From NCBI GenBank assembly GCA_044869275.1, contig JBIOXB010000245.1:1-21177 (forward strand): a DNA stretch of 21,177 nucleotides, in the 5' to 3' direction. Shown here piece by piece: positions 16,919 to 21,177 of this stretch. A model generated the notes under the pieces. That model did no database searches and had not been told where the DNA came from. It saw nothing but the letters and a program-made list of their open reading frames with translations. A program made the position numbers and the translations under genes. This stretch comes from a bacterium (lineage in GTDB: Bacteria > Zhuqueibacterota > Zhuqueibacteria > Zhuqueibacterales > Zhuqueibacteraceae). The first letter of the stretch is position 1. The number at the start of each line of letters is the position of its first letter.

Positions 16919-17162
16919 TCAGCCAGCACCAGATTTTATTCCGTGTCTGAAAGGGCAGTCGCATGGTTTCTTCATGCTGACGGTGCTCGTGCCTGCATTG
17001 GAAATCTCGCCCACCCCTGCGCCGCGAATACCAAAAAAATACAGTTTTCATACCTAATTTTTTCAAAGAGATAGCCGGAATCGTGCGCCCCGCTCTTCGG
17101 CTAAAGAATTTTCTCAAGACGGATCCAATTTTGCAGAGAAGAAAATCGAACGGAAATGGCCT

Positions 17163-17191
17163 GCAACCGCGACTGCAAGAATGAAGTCTTA
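17163..17191 (+). promoter_or_regulatory. Possible ECF-sigma promoter (CAAC-N18-GTCTTA)
   Basis: GCAACC at 17163-17168 and GTCTTA at 17186-17191 fit the generic AAC...GTC architecture of ECF promoters. A similar motif occurs at 19988-20014. Confidence 0.3.
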
Positions 17192-17294
17192 ACCATGTCA
17201 TCCACCTGAGATTTTCTGTGACTTGTTTTCTAATATGGAAAAGCGTATTTTGGAAAGAGCAAAGCGGCACCGACCTTATTTTGGAGATTGAATC

Positions 17295-18374
17295 ATGAGC
17301 AAAAAAGCAAAAAATATTTGGATCATCATCGGCGCCCTTGCCGTTTTGGTAGCGCTCGCTCTGCCCAAGGTTGGCCCTTTGTTGGGAAAATCCAAAGCGA
17401 ACAAAACCAATGCCGTTGCCGGTGCGCCGCGCGACCAAAGCGTGCCGGTGCGCATTCAAGTCGTGCAGTCGGAAATGCTGGGTGACCGCATCCTGACCGT
17501 GGGCACGATTCTCTCGAATGAGGAAGTGGAAATTCGCAGCGAAATTTCCGGCAAGATCGAGAAGATCTTTTTCAAAGAAGGCAGTCCGGTGAGAAAAGGC
17601 GAGGTCTTGCTCAAGATCAACGATGCCGAGCCGAAAGCCCAGCTCATGCGCGGGCAATATCGCCAGGCCCTCGCCGAGGAGCAAACCGAACGCCAGCGCC
17701 AGTTGTTCGAAAAAAAATTGGCGAGCCAGCAGGAGTATGACATCGCCGTCAACGAATTGAACATCGTAAAAGCCGAGCTGCAAATCATTCAAGCTCAAAT
17801 CGGCAAAACCGAGATTCGCGCACCTTTCGAGGGTGTGATCGGCCTGCGCTATGTGAGTGAAGGCAGCTATATTTCTCCGGCTGCGCGCATTACCACGCTG
17901 CAAGATTTCAACCCGGTGAAAGTCGATTTCACCGTTCCCGAAAAATACGCCGCGGCGATCAAGCGAGGAGACAAAGTCAGTTTTTCCGTGGAGGGGGTGC
18001 CGCGCAAATTTGAAGGCACGATCTATGCTGTGGAAGCGAGAATCGACGCCGCCACGCGCACGCTGCACCTGCGCGCCCTCAGTCCAAACCCCGATGGCGT
18101 TTTGATCCCGGGCGCGTTCGCCAATGTCGAGGTGGTGTTCAAGGAAAAGGAAACGCTGACCATTCCCTCGTTCGCGCTCGTCCCCGAATTGAAGGGCCAA
18201 CGGGTCTTTTTGTATAAAAACGGCAAAGCCGAGTCGCAAAACGTGGAGATCGGCAGCCGCTCGGACGAGCGCGTGGAAATCACGCACGGCGTGCAAGTCG
18301 GAGACACGCTGATTACTTCCGCGATTTTGCAATTGCGGCCGGGCATGGTGGTGCGGTTGGCGGAGAAACTGTAA
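17295..18374 (+). CDS. RND efflux periplasmic adaptor (membrane fusion protein)
   Basis: N-terminal membrane anchor, lipoyl half-motifs (SEISGKIEKIFFKEGSPVRKGEVL; IRAPFEGVIG), a helical hairpin and a beta-barrel/membrane-proximal region (LIPGAFANV; VEIG.R). GGAG ribosome-binding site upstream. Confidence 0.92.
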   Translation: MSKKAKNIWIIIGALAVLVALALPKVGPLLGKSKANKTNAVAGAPRDQSVPVRIQVVQSEMLGDRILTVGTILSNEEVEIRSEISGKIEKIFFKEGSPVRKGEVLLKINDAEPKAQLMRGQYRQALAEEQTERQRQLFEKKLASQQEYDIAVNELNIVKAELQIIQAQIGKTEIRAPFEGVIGLRYVSEGSYISPAARITTLQDFNPVKVDFTVPEKYAAAIKRGDKVSFSVEGVPRKFEGTIYAVEARIDAATRTLHLRALSPNPDGVLIPGAFANVEVVFKEKETLTIPSFALVPELKGQRVFLYKNGKAESQNVEIGSRSDERVEITHGVQVGDTLITSAILQLRPGMVVRLAEKL

Positions 18375-18490
18375 GCACCTGCGGCTGAACAAGTCGTAAG
18401 CGTGGCCAAAGTATTTTTTCGATTTTCAGATTCTCAAGCCGCGGTTTTCTGAATCATCGATTGTGAAATAGCTTGATAAATACAAGCAGA

Positions 18491-19375
18491 ATGGCAATTG
18501 CCCTGCGCGTTTTGCTGGCGGGGGTGTTCATATTCTCGGCCCTTTCGAAATTGCAGGGAACAGGCCTGTTCGAAATCGCCCTGGTCGATCAGGGTCTCGC
18601 AGCCACGCGTGAACACGCGGCTTTCCCGGCACGGTTCTTGATCGCGTTCGAGCTTTTTCTGGGTGTGGCGCTGCTGCTGCCGTACCACCTGAAACGCCTC
18701 ATTCTCCCTTTGGTGATCGCCACGCTCAGCGCGTTCATTGTGCTGCAAGGCTACCAGTTGGCAGCCGGCAAACAGGCGCAGGACTGCGGATGTTTCGGCA
18801 AGTTGCTTCCCATGTCTTCGGCAGTATCATTACTGAAAAATGTAATTCTGCTGGGTCTGGGCCTTGGGCTGTTCCGGATGATAAATGCCGAAAAACGCAA
18901 TATTGCGATTCCTTTACTTTTGGCAGCGGGCAGCGTGGCAGCCGTCCTGCTGTACGCGCCGGTGCGTCACAACTATGATGGAAACTTTGCGAGATACACG
19001 CAGTTTGAAAAAGCGGGCCGTGTCGATTTGACCAGCGGCGACCAGCTTGTGGCGGTATTCAACGCCGAATGCGAGCATTGCCAAGAGACCGCGATGGAGT
19101 TGCGCACGCTGGCTGAGCACAGTACGGGTTTCCCGCAAATTTACGTGCTCATGTTCGGCGGAAGCGATTCTACGATTGCCGCATTTTCAGAAAAGACGCA
19201 TACCAGTTATCCCTTTCATGTCATATCCGAGAGCGAGTTTTTTGATCTGATCGGCAACACGCCCCCTCGCGTGTATTGGCTGCAGGACGGGCGGATCAAG
19301 GCGCGTTGGGACGAGGATTTTGGCAAGAACATTGTTTCAGCTTTCCATATTCAAACGGCCGCGTTATCGCCGTGA
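18491..19375 (+). CDS. MauE/DoxX-family membrane protein fused to a C-terminal thioredoxin-like domain
   Basis: LRVLLAGVFIFSALSKL, ELFLGVALL and DCGCFG...SLLKNVILL (MauE signature), about five hydrophobic helices, then FNAECEHC (CxxC) and TPPRVY (cis-Pro-like loop). The start is ATG 18491 or TTG 18473. Confidence 0.8.
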   Translation: MAIALRVLLAGVFIFSALSKLQGTGLFEIALVDQGLAATREHAAFPARFLIAFELFLGVALLLPYHLKRLILPLVIATLSAFIVLQGYQLAAGKQAQDCGCFGKLLPMSSAVSLLKNVILLGLGLGLFRMINAEKRNIAIPLLLAAGSVAAVLLYAPVRHNYDGNFARYTQFEKAGRVDLTSGDQLVAVFNAECEHCQETAMELRTLAEHSTGFPQIYVLMFGGSDSTIAAFSEKTHTSYPFHVISESEFFDLIGNTPPRVYWLQDGRIKARWDEDFGKNIVSAFHIQTAALSP

Positions 19376-19443
19376 GGCGAGAATTTTTCACCAAGCTCAG
19401 AAATAAATCAAACAACTTTTTACTGAAAATGGGAGATTGTGTC

Positions 19444-19896
19444 ATGTCCATCCAGAACATTTTGCGGAGCATTGTTGTTTTCATCTTTGCGCTGTCCTGC
19501 AGTTTCGCTTTCGCCCAAGAGGGAGAAAAGGGCGCAAACAACGGGAGTACTGCCAAAGGCCCCAGGATGCAATTTCAGGAAGTGAGCTATGATTTCGGCA
19601 CCGTGCCGCAAGGTTCAATCGTAAAGCATGTCTTCAAATTCAAGAACGTCGGCACGGATACACTCAGAATCGAGCAAGTGAAAACCTCTTGTGGCTGCAC
19701 CGCGGCAGAAAGCTCGAAGATCATCGCCCCCAACGCCGAAGGCCAGATCGCCGTCACCTACAATGCCGGTTCGGCATTGGGTAAAACCTCCAAAACGGTA
19801 TCCGTTCATTCCAACGATGTGGAAGCGCAACAACGCAGTGTGACCGTTCATGGTGTGATTGAAGCCAAAAAAGTGGCAACGGAAAGCCAGAAGTAA
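19444..19896 (+). CDS. DUF1573 domain-containing exported protein (Ig-like)
   Basis: GGGAG ribosome-binding site, signal peptide MSIQNILRSIVVFIFALSCSFAFA, and the pattern YDFGTV...F.FKNVGTDTLRIEQVKTSCGCT...IAP...I.VTY. Confidence 0.85.
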   Translation: MSIQNILRSIVVFIFALSCSFAFAQEGEKGANNGSTAKGPRMQFQEVSYDFGTVPQGSIVKHVFKFKNVGTDTLRIEQVKTSCGCTAAESSKIIAPNAEGQIAVTYNAGSALGKTSKTVSVHSNDVEAQQRSVTVHGVIEAKKVATESQK

Positions 19897-19987
19897 GTTC
19901 CTTATTGATTACGCCGATATGAAAAACGCCTTCGGCTGGTAGCGTGAACATGAAGTCACAAAGCGTGTCGATGCGCGTGCCGGCTAA

Positions 19988-20014
19988 CAACGAATCAAGT
20001 GCGAGAACGTCTTA
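19988..20014 (+). promoter_or_regulatory. Possible ECF-sigma promoter (CAAC-N17-GTCTTA)
   Basis: CAAC at 19988-19991 and CGTCTTA at 20008-20014, about 83 nt upstream of the halogenase-like ATG. Confidence 0.35.
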
Positions 20015-20096
20015 TACAGGAACGAAACGCGCCGCAAGAATACGGCGCGCAATATAGTGACGGCTATTTCTGCGCCAAATTTCAGAAAAGAACCCC

Positions 20097-21068
20097 ATGA
20101 ACAACCCCGATGTCGTCGTCATCGGCGGCGGGCCCGCCGGTTCCACCGTCTCCGCCCTTATTGCGCAACAAGGCTACAAAGTCCAGCTTTTTGAGCGCGA
20201 GCATTTTCCGCGCTTTCACATCGGTGAATCGCTGATTCCTGAAACGTACTGGGTGCTCAAGCGGCTCGGCATGCTCGAGAAGATGCAGAAGAGCCGCTTC
20301 GTCAAAAAATACAGCGTGCAATTTGTCAATGCCAGCGGCAAGCTCTCCGCGCCATTTTATTTTTGGGACAACAAGCCGCACGAATGCTCGCAAACCTGGC
20401 AGGTGGTGCGCAGCGAGTTCGACTTGATGATGCTCAACCATGCGCGCGAACGCGGTGTGGAAGCGCACGAAGGCGTGCGTGTGCGCGACGTTCTGTTCGA
20501 CCATCAGCGCGCGGTGGGAGTGAAAATTCAATTGCCGGACGGCACGCAAAACGAAGTGCGTGCGCGCGTCGTCGTGGATGCCAGCGGCCAGAGCGGCCTA
20601 CTGCAAAACAAATTCAAGCAACGCGTGTGGGATCCGATTCTCAATAAAGGCGCGATTTGGACCTATTGGGAAGGCGCCTATCGCGACACCGGGCGCGACG
20701 AGGGTGCGACCATGGTTTTGCAAACCGCGAATCGGCAGGGGTGGTTTTGGTACATTCCCCTGCATGACAACCGCGTCAGCGTCGGCGTGGTTGCGCCGTT
20801 TGATTATCTTTTCAAAGGGCGAGGCAGCCACGAACAAACTTATAAAGAAGAAGTGGGACGCTGCCCGGCCGTGAAAGAACGCGTTTCCTCGGGCAAGCGC
20901 ATCACCGGCTACTTTGCGACCAAAGACTATTCCTATCGCGGCACGCAAGCCGCGGGCGAGGGTTGGGTTTTGATCGGTGATGCTTTCGGTTTTCTTGATC
21001 CGCTCTACTCCTCCGGCGTGCTGCTCGCGTTGAAATCCGGCGAAATGGCGGCGGATGCAATTGTGGAA
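20097..21068 (+). CDS. FAD-dependent oxidoreductase of the flavin-dependent halogenase family (3'-partial; absent from the ORF track)
   Basis: Manual translation from ATG 20097: MNNPDVVVIGGGPAGS...FEREHFPRFHIGESL...FVKKYSVQF...VRSEFD...VVDASG...GWFWYIPL...LIGDAFGFLDPLYSSGVLLALKSG. There is no stop before the window end, and sequence after 21068 is an inverted duplication. Confidence 0.88.
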
Positions 21069-21177
21069 GGATTTCAACGCGAGCAGCACGCCGGAGGAGT
21101 AGAGCGGATCAAGAAAACCGAAAGCATCACCGATCAAAACCCAACCCTCGCCCGCGGCTTGCGTGCCGCGATAGGAA
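20930..21177. other. Terminal fold-back inverted duplication (109-bp arms, 30-nt spacer), probable assembly or library artefact
   Basis: 21069-21177 is the exact reverse complement of 20930-21038 and runs to the last base of the window. Confidence 0.9.

Noticed and set aside
49..18392. Long antisense ORFs (e.g. 49-1077, 3983-4918, 9466-10236, 10670-11689, 11690-12886, 15386-16234, 16878-18392)
   Set aside because: Each lies opposite a well-supported gene and lacks recognisable motifs. They are typical shadow ORFs produced by codon bias in GC-rich DNA.
19681..19701. Selenocysteine in the DUF1573 SCGCT motif
   Set aside because: The codons are TGT-GGC-TGC, which encode ordinary Cys. There is no in-frame TGA.
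20028..20049. CGCGCCG/CGGCGCG hairpin as a terminator for DUF1573
   Set aside because: It is a 7-bp stem with no following U-tract, about 130 nt past the stop codon. Too weak to call.
13732..21068. A secondary-metabolite cluster made of ammonia-lyase + efflux + halogenase
   Set aside because: The lyase has HAL-type residues rather than PAL/TAL/aminomutase-type ones, guaB intervenes, and there is no carrier protein, ligase, PKS or NRPS gene in the window.
20598..21137. Minus-strand ORF beginning with the halogenase motif GDAFGFLDPLYSSG, suggesting a second halogenase
   Set aside because: The motif comes from the inverted duplication 21069-21177, and the rest is antisense to the real gene.

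Overview
Bacterial chromosomal segment, probably from an FCB-superphylum lineage such as KSB1 or Calditrichota (inferred from the PorV-like barrel, DUF2723 and DUF1844 gene content; not proven). A PorV/UPF0164-like outer-membrane barrel gene (+) converges on a long minus-strand run: valS, DUF4139, recG, DUF1844, DUF2723 (TMEM260/GT117-like GT-C glycosyltransferase), a GT2 glycosyltransferase and a SAM methyltransferase. A clear sigma70 promoter precedes this run. The divergent plus-strand run is hutH, guaB, an RND adaptor with no adjacent permease, a MauE/DoxX-thioredoxin fusion, DUF1573 and a flavin-dependent halogenase-like gene that the ORF track missed. That last gene is cut off by a 109-bp fold-back inverted duplication at the window end, most likely an artefact. 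Most spacers in the left 9.4 kb hold palindromic repeats. These include three copies of one REP-like family, one of which is interrupted by a 116-bp MITE with 14-bp terminal inverted repeats (TIRs) and a 5-bp direct repeat. The best candidates for undescribed biology are the DUF2723-GT2-methyltransferase glycosylation module, the nested repeat/MITE system, and the adaptor-MauE/Trx-DUF1573-halogenase cluster. Family assignments come from motif recognition by eye; no database searches were run.
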